From the IMG/VR virus record IMGVR_UViG_2648501186_000006: 19,651 nt of DNA, one strand, 5' to 3'. A program made the translations under genes and the position numbers. A model generated the notes under the pieces. The model was given only the letters and a program-made list of their open reading frames with translations, was not told where the DNA came from and made no database searches. How positions within the stretch are numbered: the first letter of the stretch is position 1; each line of letters begins with the position of its first letter. Shown here piece by piece: positions 8,594 through 16,165 of the stretch. The DNA comes from a virus. Its lineage: Duplodnaviria > Heunggongvirae > Uroviricota > Caudoviricetes.

Positions 8594-9409
8594 ATGAGCA
8601 AAAACTTTTTTCAATCCGGGGCATTTTTGGGGAATGGACTGTCCCGTTTCGCTTTGAACTCTGATCCTGTGCAGCTGATGGAGTCTGCCCGAGCAAGCGC
8701 CGAACCGCCAACAGATCCGGTTATTAATAATAATCCGGAACCGGCGGCACAGACTAACGATAACGTTCCATCTGATCCGGCTCCTGAGCAAATCCTGGAA
8801 GGGAAAGACGGTAAAGAATGGACCGTCGAACAGGCGCACCAGATGATTCTGGAAGCTGCAAATCGAAGTGCTATGCAGAATGCGTTGAGTGATGCGGCCG
8901 ACGCCGTTTTCGCCTGGGCTGATAGCGGTGATCTGACTTTCGACTCCCTTGATGGTTTCGTTCAGGCTATCGCTGGTATCTCTGATGACGACGACTCCGA
9001 AGTTACAGAAGAACAGGACGATGCCTATAACGAAGCATGGGCAAATGTTGCTGACTTCCTCGCAGCATGCGGTGTAGATGATGACCTGATCGAAGCACTG
9101 GCTGACGATGAAGACGACGACGCAGCTGCTGATGTTGGTGCCTCTATCGCTGGTTTAGATAGCGACGACCGCGACGAACTGGAAGCGGCGTTTGTTGTTG
9201 CTGGCACTTCTGATGAAATGCTGACTGAAGCATTTAAGAAGGTTGTTCGTAACGGTGAGATCAAACTCATCCGTAAACGCCTGCGTAAAAAACGTCTGAC
9301 TGCGGCTCAAAAATCGGCGCTGAAAAAAGCGCGTCGAAAAGCCCAGACCGGCGCGGCAAAACTTGCCCGCAAAAAGTCAATGAAACTGCGCCGTAAGCGC
9401 CTTGGCTAA
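8594..9409 (+). CDS. Acidic protein with a strongly basic C-terminal tail (function unknown, virion-associated by context)
   Basis: 271 aa; D/E-rich centre (DDDDSEVTEEQDD..., ADDEDDDAAAD...) and a last roughly 50 aa dominated by K/R (KLIRKRLRKKRLTAAQKSALKKARRKAQ...KSMKLRRKRLG). SD AGGGAA 6 nt before ATG. Confidence 0.6.
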   Translation: MSKNFFQSGAFLGNGLSRFALNSDPVQLMESARASAEPPTDPVINNNPEPAAQTNDNVPSDPAPEQILEGKDGKEWTVEQAHQMILEAANRSAMQNALSDAADAVFAWADSGDLTFDSLDGFVQAIAGISDDDDSEVTEEQDDAYNEAWANVADFLAACGVDDDLIEALADDEDDDAAADVGASIAGLDSDDRDELEAAFVVAGTSDEMLTEAFKKVVRNGEIKLIRKRLRKKRLTAAQKSALKKARRKAQTGAAKLARKKSMKLRRKRLG

Positions 9410-9416
9410 AGGAGGA

Positions 9417-9434
9417 GGCCGGAGAACTCCGGCC
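9417..9434 (+). promoter_or_regulatory. Hairpin between a strong SD (AGGAGG, 9410-9415) and the ATG at 9445 (possible split RBS)
   Basis: GGCCGGAG-aa-CTCCGGCC; the only good SD for the 9445 gene is about 30 nt upstream in linear sequence and about 11 nt if the hairpin forms. Confidence 0.3.
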
Positions 9435-9444
9435 TTTAACTTGA

Positions 9445-10026
9445 ATGGCACCTATACCTTATGGGGTTTACAGCCAGGCTGACGGTGTATCACCATTTCT
9501 GAAAGTTACTTTAACGAACTCTCAGTACCAGGTTACCGGATATATCAGCCAGGGGGCGGCAATGAACATGGCCCAGAATTGGGAAGCGCCGTTTACCGGT
9601 ATGTCCATGGGATCTGTTTCTGGTGCTCTGGGTGGTTTTGTGCAAGTAGGTACTGAAACAACGTCGGTTGCCCGTTGGAATAGCTTAATGGTTTGGGAAG
9701 GGGGGGCTCCGCCGACGTTCACGCTGCCTGTAACTTTCATTGCTTTGAACAATCCATTCATTGAAGTTTCAGGCGCTATCGCCGCGTTGACAGCCATGAT
9801 TAGCCCGGAACTAAAAGCGGCCAATGTTGGTGGTCGAATCCCGGAGCGCGTGACGCTAAACATTGGTCGCCGGATCAACATCACCGATGTCGCCATCCAG
9901 GACTTAAGTTTTGATCTCGATGCGCCAAGGGACAGTAATGGATATTTCCTGAAAAACACCGTCAACCTCCAGTTGACCGGTTCTTCGATATATAACAGCT
10001 CCGATATTGTTCGGGCGTTCCAGTAA
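9445..10026 (+). CDS. Phage tail or baseplate-associated structural protein (hypothetical)
   Basis: 193-aa ORF in the late gene block, Gly/Ser/Thr-rich with beta-type composition; no specific motif recognised. Confidence 0.55.
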   Translation: MAPIPYGVYSQADGVSPFLKVTLTNSQYQVTGYISQGAAMNMAQNWEAPFTGMSMGSVSGALGGFVQVGTETTSVARWNSLMVWEGGAPPTFTLPVTFIALNNPFIEVSGAIAALTAMISPELKAANVGGRIPERVTLNIGRRINITDVAIQDLSFDLDAPRDSNGYFLKNTVNLQLTGSSIYNSSDIVRAFQ

Positions 10027-10037
10027 AAGGATTTTAT

Positions 10038-10547
10038 ATGGGGCACAATAACACTAAGGGAAACCGTAAATTTATTAAGGGCCGCTATACTGCCAACGCG
10101 GCCAAAGGCGAACGACTGGTATCTTCTGAATTCCAGCTCACTTTTGCAGGCCATGAAGATATCAGCGTACTGGTTCGCACGTCGCAAATCCCTGAAATGA
10201 CCCGCGAGGATGTGGAGGACTATGGTCCGAATGGTGTGAAGTTCAACCAGCACGGTCCAATTCGAAACTCTGGGGAAATCCAGGTCCAGTGCGTGGAGAC
10301 TATCGAAGGCGATATTCTTCAGTTCATTAAAGATCGCATTGCGGCGAAGGACTATGTTGATATCACGATGGCTGCTACCCCTGAATCCAAATCTTCCGGG
10401 GTTAACGCTGTGACAAAAGCTGCTACAACAATTGAAATGTTGGACTGCAAAATCTACAGTGATGCAATCGACTTTAGTACCGAAGATGTGACTGCTGCTG
10501 TGCGTCCGTCACTTCGTATTGTCTACAACTGGATTGAGTGGGATTAA
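10038..10547 (+). CDS. Putative tail tube protein (T4 gp19-like size and C-terminus)
   Basis: 169 aa, SD AAAGGA; C-terminal ...LRIVYNWIEWD resembles the aromatic C-terminus of contractile-tail tube proteins. Follows the sheath-like gene. Confidence 0.4.
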   Translation: MGHNNTKGNRKFIKGRYTANAAKGERLVSSEFQLTFAGHEDISVLVRTSQIPEMTREDVEDYGPNGVKFNQHGPIRNSGEIQVQCVETIEGDILQFIKDRIAAKDYVDITMAATPESKSSGVNAVTKAATTIEMLDCKIYSDAIDFSTEDVTAAVRPSLRIVYNWIEWD

Positions 10548-10567
10548 GAGTCATCACTTGTATTTTA

Positions 10568-10591
10568 AAGCTCCTACGGGAGCTTTTTTTT
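10568..10591 (+). terminator. Rho-independent terminator ending the structural gene block
   Basis: AGCTCC-tacg-GGAGCT stem-loop followed by 8 T. Confidence 0.7.
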
Positions 10592-10719
10592 ATAACTATT
10601 TTATATAAAAATGCATTGATAACATTGTCTGGAGTTTTATGTTAGATTATTAATGTTCTAATAAACTACAATTATTGAGGTAGAGGTTTGTGCCTGTACT
10701 GTTAAAGGGGGACTCTAAA

Positions 10720-11316
10720 ATGGCTGTGATTCCAATGTCGTACTCCCCGGGTACTGTCGCTCGTCGATTTTCGATCCTGGACGGAGTTACCATCCAGGGT
10801 GTGCTTTACCAGGTTATATGGGATTCCAAAACCCCATTTGCAGCTGTAATAGAGGCTGCGCCTTCTGTTATCGATGGTGATATGCGGCATAAGGTTGTCG
10901 CTACTCTTGAACTTCAACGTCGCCCGCAGCTTGAAGGTGTACTGGTAAGGAGGTTCTGGGAGGATAGTGATGTTGCCCAAATTGAAGGTATCGTGGTTGA
11001 TGGAACCGTCCGTGATGTCGGTTTAGCTACTTTTGTTTACGAAACCGTAGCCTCAAAAGCTGGTGTTGTTTTGCTTAGTGATAATGAGCAATACGAAGGT
11101 GGAAAAGCTCTTTGGCAACACATCGCCCGTCGCTCTTCCGAGCTAAAAGTGTTTATCCTCGACACCGATGCCGCTCAGTATTACCCGTTTGACGGCGAAC
11201 GTGTTTGCTATGACGGGGTAAGTATTCCTGAATCTGAGATATGGAGTGAACACCCAGATCGAAGTAAGCATGGGGTTGTTCTTGTCGCTGAATCCATAAC
11301 TGGAAAGGCGGCATAG
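10720..11316 (+). CDS. Hypothetical protein (199 aa) with its own promoter; weak GNAT-like motif
   Basis: Start ATG 10720 with SD AAGGGGG (track start is GTG 10690). Preceded by a terminator and a promoter-like TTGATA...TAGATT region. Segment RDVGLATFVYETVASKAGVVLLSDNEQYEGGKALW loosely resembles GNAT motif A. Confidence 0.55.
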   Translation: MAVIPMSYSPGTVARRFSILDGVTIQGVLYQVIWDSKTPFAAVIEAAPSVIDGDMRHKVVATLELQRRPQLEGVLVRRFWEDSDVAQIEGIVVDGTVRDVGLATFVYETVASKAGVVLLSDNEQYEGGKALWQHIARRSSELKVFILDTDAAQYYPFDGERVCYDGVSIPESEIWSEHPDRSKHGVVLVAESITGKAA

Positions 11317-11559
11317 CAGTAAAATTCCTTGCTCCTTAAAAGGGGAGAGGGTTAATCTAGATATGCTAAGCATGGATATGGCCTCAGATTAATGTTAAGC
11401 GTCTTGCAGGACGCGTAATGTTATCTGGGGCTTTCTTCTGTTATTTGTTTGAGTGCTAGGTAGCAAAGAGAGCTAGCATTCATCAGGCAAATCTATCAAT
11501 AAATAGCGTTAGTTTTTGTTGTGTGTATGTTTCTTTATTGTTATTGTGTTGTTTGTTTT

Positions 11560-11582
11560 TTGGACAACGCAATTCCTATAAT
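11560..11582 (+). promoter_or_regulatory. Candidate promoter for the DUF3892-like gene (perfect -10 TATAAT)
   Basis: TATAAT at 11577-11582, 22 nt upstream of the SD; the upstream TTGGAC spacing is suboptimal, so the -35 assignment is uncertain. Confidence 0.3.
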
Positions 11583-11604
11583 CTATAGAATAAAGGAAGT
11601 ATAT

Positions 11605-11892
11605 ATGGCTGATGTACGCATTACTTGCATTACCCTCTCCGGCTCGCAATCAATCCATGAGCATATTACTCATGTGGGAAGTCCTCAATTTAATACTAGC
11701 AATGGGAAATGGACTGTTGAGCAGGTAATTAATGCTATTGATAATAATCTCCATACATTCTATGTAACAGATAATGCAGGTAATCGTGTAGAAGTTGGGG
11801 TTGTTAATCCTGGTAATGGTGGAAGGCAGTTTATTAGAACGTATGCAGACAATCGATGGAATAATAATTTACTATCGCTACCAGTCTGTTAA
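11605..11892 (+). CDS. Small DUF3892-like protein (95 aa)
   Basis: ATG 11605 with SD AAGGAAG at 11593-11599. Motifs MADVRITCI...SGS..HEHITHVG...GKWTVEQVINAI...NLHTFYV.D..GNRVEVGVV...RTYADNRWNNNLLSLP.C match a small conserved family I recall as DUF3892. About 36% GC, well below the backbone. Confidence 0.6.
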   Translation: MADVRITCITLSGSQSIHEHITHVGSPQFNTSNGKWTVEQVINAIDNNLHTFYVTDNAGNRVEVGVVNPGNGGRQFIRTYADNRWNNNLLSLPVC

Positions 11893-11903
11893 TGTAATTT
11901 TAT

Positions 11904-11938
11904 AAAAAAGGCTGCAACCTCTGTTGCAGCCTTTTTTT
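11904..11938. terminator. Bidirectional intrinsic terminator between convergent genes
   Basis: A-run, GGCTGCAAC-ctct-GTTGCAGCC, T-run (7 T); can terminate both the + DUF3892-like gene and the - ATPase gene. Confidence 0.7.
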
Positions 11939-11962
11939 AGCCATTATGACTGAGATAAGCCA

Positions 11963-13018
11963 CTATAAACTCTGAACAAGACGTTCGATTGCTGCACCAT
12001 ATCTTTCTAATGGTTCATTATTGATTTGTGGCTCAGTGTCATGGATCTGATATCTGCCTGGTTTTATATCAAATAGAGGTCTTCCTAGATGGGAAGATAC
12101 TATAGCTACGGAATGGTTATCTGGCACAGTAAACGTTTTTAAATTTCCGCCTTGGAACGCTGTTGGTTTATTCGTCCGCAGATTTTCAGCTCTATCCCTG
12201 ATTTCGTCGAACATTGCCGAAAACGCTTTACTTGCTCGTTTGTCATACTCTGTCGAACGATTAAAAACTAGAGAATGAATGACAGGAACCGCTAGACCAA
12301 ACTGTTGACACCGATCGTAAAAGTTAACAGAACGATAATCGTTTTGTACTCCAACGCCATAAACCAACTGGCTTAGGTTATCCACTGCTCGAGCCGAAGA
12401 ACCATCACTTGAGCAAGGTATTATAATTGCATTTGCTGCTATCAGTGATAGTTCGGTATAGGCAGAGAAACTGGGGTTGCAATCAATAAAGCAAATGGTT
12501 TCTTCGATACCTTGTTGTTGTGCGCATGCAACAAGCAAATCTCGTAGCCACAGGTGGATGCTTTTCCATGAGTCAACTGGTAAGTTTACGCTGCTTAACT
12601 GATTGATTACTTGCGCCTGAACTTCCAGGCTTGGGTCGCCTGCAATCAAAAATACATTGTCAGGGACATGCTCGTTAATTTCAGAGACATGAATTAAGAA
12701 ACTTGTTTCTGAACCAGTAAGCATGTGGGGGCTACGGGTTCTTCTGTCAAAGTACCCACCGACAGTTTTTCGTTGTTGAATTAAGCTCGCGAGGTTAGCA
12801 GCACCAGTACCGTTACCGCCGAGCAATATTTCAGATAAGTTAGCCTGTGGACACATATCTGCAAAAATAATACGCTTTTCTGGATTTTGCCTTGCGTATT
12901 CACAGGCCATAGCGAAAGATAAGTAGGTCTTTCCTACGCCACCTTTATTATTCCAAATAGCATATGATTTCATGGTATCCCCGGCGTTATCTGCTGTTTG
13001 TGTGCCAGCATAAGTCAT
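11963..13018 (-). CDS. ParA/MinD-family P-loop ATPase (deviant Walker A), orphan with no adjacent ParB
   Basis: NNKGGVGKT Walker A and hydrophobic-D Walker B (ICFIDCNPS). 351 aa from ATG 13018, or 336 aa from ATG 12973 which puts Walker A at residues 9-16; both have a plausible SD. Co-directional with and just downstream of repL; about 41% GC. Confidence 0.7.
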   Translation of the reverse strand: MTYAGTQTADNAGDTMKSYAIWNNKGGVGKTYLSFAMACEYARQNPEKRIIFADMCPQANLSEILLGGNGTGAANLASLIQQRKTVGGYFDRRTRSPHMLTGSETSFLIHVSEINEHVPDNVFLIAGDPSLEVQAQVINQLSSVNLPVDSWKSIHLWLRDLLVACAQQQGIEETICFIDCNPSFSAYTELSLIAANAIIIPCSSDGSSARAVDNLSQLVYGVGVQNDYRSVNFYDRCQQFGLAVPVIHSLVFNRSTEYDKRASKAFSAMFDEIRDRAENLRTNKPTAFQGGNLKTFTVPDNHSVAIVSSHLGRPLFDIKPGRYQIHDTEPQINNEPLERYGAAIERLVQSL

Positions 13019-13282
13019 TATGCATCTCCATTACTATCCATGAATTAAGTCAAAAAATATGTAAAAGTAGCAATTTATCACTCTTTTACTCATTATAAAC
13101 GTTACAGGTTGTGATGGTTAGCTGTGTTTTTATCAGTACAAGTTTTGATCTGGCTTTGGGGGGTTATATATGGATATGTCTCAAAGATGCCCTGCAAAAA
13201 GCGATCGCTAACTGTAAAAAATCAGATTGCATCTTCGACCTCAAACTGAAAACGCCAGGTGACTCCAGATTAGAGCAATCTA

Positions 13283-14128
13283 TCACCCTCTGAATCCTGC
13301 CGGTATACCCCATTGTTCGTTATCTTTATTTTTGGCTAAAACCGCATTAAGAGCTTCGTTTACCGTCATGCAATGCGGCAGATTATCGAAGTTTGATACC
13401 CCGCCAATATCAGGAGAACGCTTGTTCTTCAGGTAAGCATATTTCCGCGCTGCCGCCTCTACTTTCTGCTTGAACTCATGTTTTTGAGCGCGTTTTTTGG
13501 ATAAACGCAGATTGTCGGCCTTTGCTTTTGCCCCAGCGATCCATGAAGTCAATTTTTTGAGTTTGGTCGTTCCGGCAGCGCCGGAAACTGATCTTTTTGT
13601 TTTTTTAAATTGTGACTTCTTATTCTTTATTGCCACGTCATCCTGACAGGGGGAGGGGGTATCATTTTGACATGGGGGTGTGGATAAAAAATCAAATAAA
13701 GCCAATGTCTTAGCGAGAACAGCTTTAACCTTGGTTGCGGCTGAAGAGATCTTTAATTTGCTTTCAATTAGCGCATTTTTGGCTTGTTGAGCAAAGGCTA
13801 AAAAGGATGGTGTAAACCGGTACAGGTTAGCGCGGCGTTCACGGTGATCGCCGATAACAATCTCTACCGACAGGATTCCTTTGTTTACAGCTTCACGGAA
13901 TGCGCGAACGACGGTTGATTGGCTATAACCAGTTTCTGCCGCGATCATGCGGTGAGGCTTGTGAATGAAGTATTCACTGGTTGTTGCCGCGAGATTTGCA
14001 CATTGCGACAGGATATGCCCGGCGCTACGGGATAGACCGGAGTGTGTTACAAAGCAGGCCAATTCATAGCCAGAAAAAGTAAAATCGCTCATCGTTATAC
14101 AGCTCAGGAAAGTGACTTTAGCCAGCAT
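13283..14128 (-). CDS. repL: Lytic replication protein RepL (P1-type)
   Basis: Immediately downstream of kilA on the same strand under a C1-operator promoter, the P1 kilA-repL arrangement; sequence matches my recollection of RepL. True start may be the internal ATG at 14092 (MSDFTF...). Confidence 0.75.
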   Translation of the reverse strand: MLAKVTFLSCITMSDFTFSGYELACFVTHSGLSRSAGHILSQCANLAATTSEYFIHKPHRMIAAETGYSQSTVVRAFREAVNKGILSVEIVIGDHRERRANLYRFTPSFLAFAQQAKNALIESKLKISSAATKVKAVLAKTLALFDFLSTPPCQNDTPSPCQDDVAIKNKKSQFKKTKRSVSGAAGTTKLKKLTSWIAGAKAKADNLRLSKKRAQKHEFKQKVEAAARKYAYLKNKRSPDIGGVSNFDNLPHCMTVNEALNAVLAKNKDNEQWGIPAGFRG

Positions 14129-14157
14129 TACAATGCTGGTGGTTCTTACTACGTCTG

Positions 14158-14958
14158 TTAGCGCGTTGCCGCGACAGGTACCAGCACACCAGCATCAAGC
14201 AATCGCTTTATCAGCCACTGCTGACCTTTGCCGGTTATACGAGTCGTGAAAGAAATCCTGCTTCCATTGCTTGTATCGATCACGGTTTCTTTAAGGGTGA
14301 AATACCCACGAGATATGTATTCTTGTTTGGGAACGTTCCTGCGTTCACCGGTTGCGATCAGAATTCCGTTATCACGCAACCAGGTGAAGAGATAGTTTTG
14401 GCCCAGGCCGAGCACTTTGGCATAGTTGCCGATTAGAACCCCGCTGGCGGTAGCAACGCGTTCGGCGAATTCGACTTTAGGTGCATCCATCAGCATTTTT
14501 TGCTCCAGCCGTTGCTTTTGCTCTGCCAGGTCGGCAGCCAAACGGAGAGCTTCTGGGAGGCTCTTCGGAATAGCAGGTTGTAATCTTCCAGCTCGATAGT
14601 CGATAAATGTCTGGTTTACCTTCAGCCGAAACGCGGGAGAAATCCAGCCTGCGTACTCCACAGCGAGCAATTCATGGGCAAAAGTGCCGCCGCCACGGCC
14701 TTCGAACGAAACTATGCAATTCTGCATAGTTTCTTTTTCCAGCTCTTCGATGAGCTGTTTGGCTGACAGCGTTCTTAGCCATTGAGCTGGCGCTTTATGG
14801 GCACCGAGTCCGCTCGCTCTGTGTAGAGCATTAAGGTTGTAACGGCCAGCGCGGTCGGTCGTAATTTCAACACCACAAATAACAGGCAGAGTGGTTGAAG
14901 GATCGACATTTTGATGAAGGTTTGATATATTCATATCCGCATTGAATGTTTGTTGCAT
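14158..14958 (-). CDS. kilA: KilA (KilA-N domain plus C-terminal ANT/KilA-C domain)
   Basis: 266 aa, SD GGAG before ATG. The C-terminal roughly 130 aa is clearly paralogous to the Ant C-terminus in this window (shared LPEALRLAA-LAEQK...GKGQQWL...LLDAG). Position upstream of repL. Confidence 0.8.
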   Translation of the reverse strand: MQQTFNADMNISNLHQNVDPSTTLPVICGVEITTDRAGRYNLNALHRASGLGAHKAPAQWLRTLSAKQLIEELEKETMQNCIVSFEGRGGGTFAHELLAVEYAGWISPAFRLKVNQTFIDYRAGRLQPAIPKSLPEALRLAADLAEQKQRLEQKMLMDAPKVEFAERVATASGVLIGNYAKVLGLGQNYLFTWLRDNGILIATGERRNVPKQEYISRGYFTLKETVIDTSNGSRISFTTRITGKGQQWLIKRLLDAGVLVPVAATR

Positions 14959-15027
14959 TTTTTCTCCAAATTTGCATCAACCTTCAATCACCAGCTCGAA
15001 ATGGTGATTCTTTGCACTTAGAAAACG

Positions 15028-15044
15028 AAATTTATTAGAGCAAA
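15028..15044 (-). promoter_or_regulatory. C1 repressor operator (Op53-like), 16 of 17 match to ATTGCTCTAATAAATTT, over the kilA-repL promoter
   Basis: - strand reads tTTGCTCTAATAAATTT; located 70-90 bp upstream of the kilA start, as for P1 P53/Op53 (established knowledge). Confidence 0.55.
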
Positions 15045-15086
15045 TTTTTCTGACTCGATCCAGATCGGGTTGGTCGATCTGCTCAG

Positions 15087-15120
15087 AAACCTGCCAGTTT
15101 GCTGGCAGGTTTTTTCTTTT
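15087..15120 (-). terminator. Terminator after ant (hairpin CCTGCCAG-caaa-CTGGCAGG)
   Basis: Stem-loop 2 nt after the ant stop. The U-tract on the - strand is short (TTTCT) while the + strand side has a long T-run, so efficiency in the ant direction is uncertain. Confidence 0.5.
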
Positions 15121-15121
15121 G

Positions 15122-16165
15122 TTAACCTATTGCTACTGGTTTTAACAAACCAGCATCAAGTAGCTTGCGAGTTAACCACTGCTGGCCTTTACCCGTTAAT
15201 TGGGGCGTCAGCCGTATCTGGTAGCCATTTTCATCATCCAGCACCACTTCTTTCACCGTGAAATACCCGGCGTTAATGTACTGCTGGCGCGGTACGTTTT
15301 TGCGCGCACCAAAAGCCATGAGAATGCCGTTCTGGCGCAACCATGAGAAAAGGGCGTTTTGCTTAAGTCCAACGACCTTTGCAAAGTTCCCGATCAGGAT
15401 TCCATTAGCCACTGATACCCGGTCGGCAAAATCGACTTTAGGGGCTGCGGCCACCAGCTGTTGTTCCAGCTGCAATTTCTGTTCTGCCAACTCGGCAGCC
15501 AGGCGTAGGGCTTCTGGTAATGTTTGGGGGATCGATGGGGTAGGGGAGTTTGCCTGCTGCAATTCTTCCAGTTTGTCGATCAGCGAACGGCGGACCGCTT
15601 TCGATTCGCGCGCGGCGACTCGCAGGGCTTGTTTGTAGGTCATGGTTATGACAACCATAGGCGTACCGCCACCTGGCGGCACGGTTGCACTTTTTGTGTA
15701 ACCGTCCTCACCTTCTAATTCGTCGAGTATTTTTTCGATGAATTTGTTGTTCCGAACCTCTGGTTCCCCACATAACTTACGCGCTTCATTGACCATCTTT
15801 AACAGTGTCAGGCTGTCGATTGTGTCTCCGGTGGTGGGGATGACATTCACGGCTGGTGCTGGCGTTGCTGAAGCAACAGGTGCTGGTTTTTTAACATTCA
15901 AATTATTACTGGTCATTCTATGTGCCTCCTTTCTCATTTCTGCTGCCACCGTTGCGTAACGTAGACGTCCTTGTTCAATCAAATAATCCCTGATCTCGGC
16001 TATCAGTAGCCTGTTGATCACAGCCTTATCTGTTCGGGTATAAAAACGCCTGGTTATCATGAAATAGTTGGCAATTGCGCCGGGGATCTCCCGTGTCGGT
16101 ATACAGGCAGTATGCAGGGCGATCGCTTCGGCTATGTCATTACGGGTGACGAGAGGTTTTTTCAC
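15122..16165 (-). CDS. ant: Antirepressor Ant (Ant1; internal in-frame Met near residue 77 could give an Ant2-like product)
   Basis: 347 aa, downstream of c4 and icd with a GTG start overlapping the icd stop (GTGA); C-terminal ANT/KilA-C domain shared with KilA. Matches the P1 immI layout. Confidence 0.85.
   Translation of the reverse strand: MKKPLVTRNDIAEAIALHTACIPTREIPGAIANYFMITRRFYTRTDKAVINRLLIAEIRDYLIEQGRLRYATVAAEMRKEAHRMTSNNLNVKKPAPVASATPAPAVNVIPTTGDTIDSLTLLKMVNEARKLCGEPEVRNNKFIEKILDELEGEDGYTKSATVPPGGGTPMVVITMTYKQALRVAARESKAVRRSLIDKLEELQQANSPTPSIPQTLPEALRLAAELAEQKLQLEQQLVAAAPKVDFADRVSVANGILIGNFAKVVGLKQNALFSWLRQNGILMAFGARKNVPRQQYINAGYFTVKEVVLDDENGYQIRLTPQLTGKGQQWLTRKLLDAGLLKPVAIG

Noticed and set aside
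9522-10253. 243-aa - strand ORF antisense to the two small tail genes, and similar antisense ORFs (8333..8839 -, 8272..8601 -, 5688..6041 +, 15258..15638 +, 16270..16599 +, 18993..19553 -, 19103..19498 -)
   Set aside because: Each is fully contained within a longer ORF on the opposite strand with better coding character and context, and none has a convincing RBS; 18993..19553 additionally loses to an uninterrupted + strand frame running to the window end.
11521-11604. N-terminal extension of the DUF3892-like ORF (MCMFLYCYCVVCFLDNAIPIIYRIKEVY)
   Set aside because: Encoded by the GT-rich low-complexity tract and the promoter -10; Cys/Phe/Tyr-rich nonsense composition; the internal ATG 11605 has a strong SD.
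11330-13282. Low-GC island and the sim-like region (16660..18130) as insertion sequences or transposons
   Set aside because: No transposase or integrase ORF, no terminal inverted repeats or target-site duplications visible at the boundaries; both are better explained as cargo or moron-type modules of the phage.
13111-13293. 60-aa + strand ORF in the gap between the ParA-like gene and repL
   Set aside because: No SD, runs into the repL 3' end on the opposite strand, AT-rich intergenic composition; more likely promoter or leader sequence.
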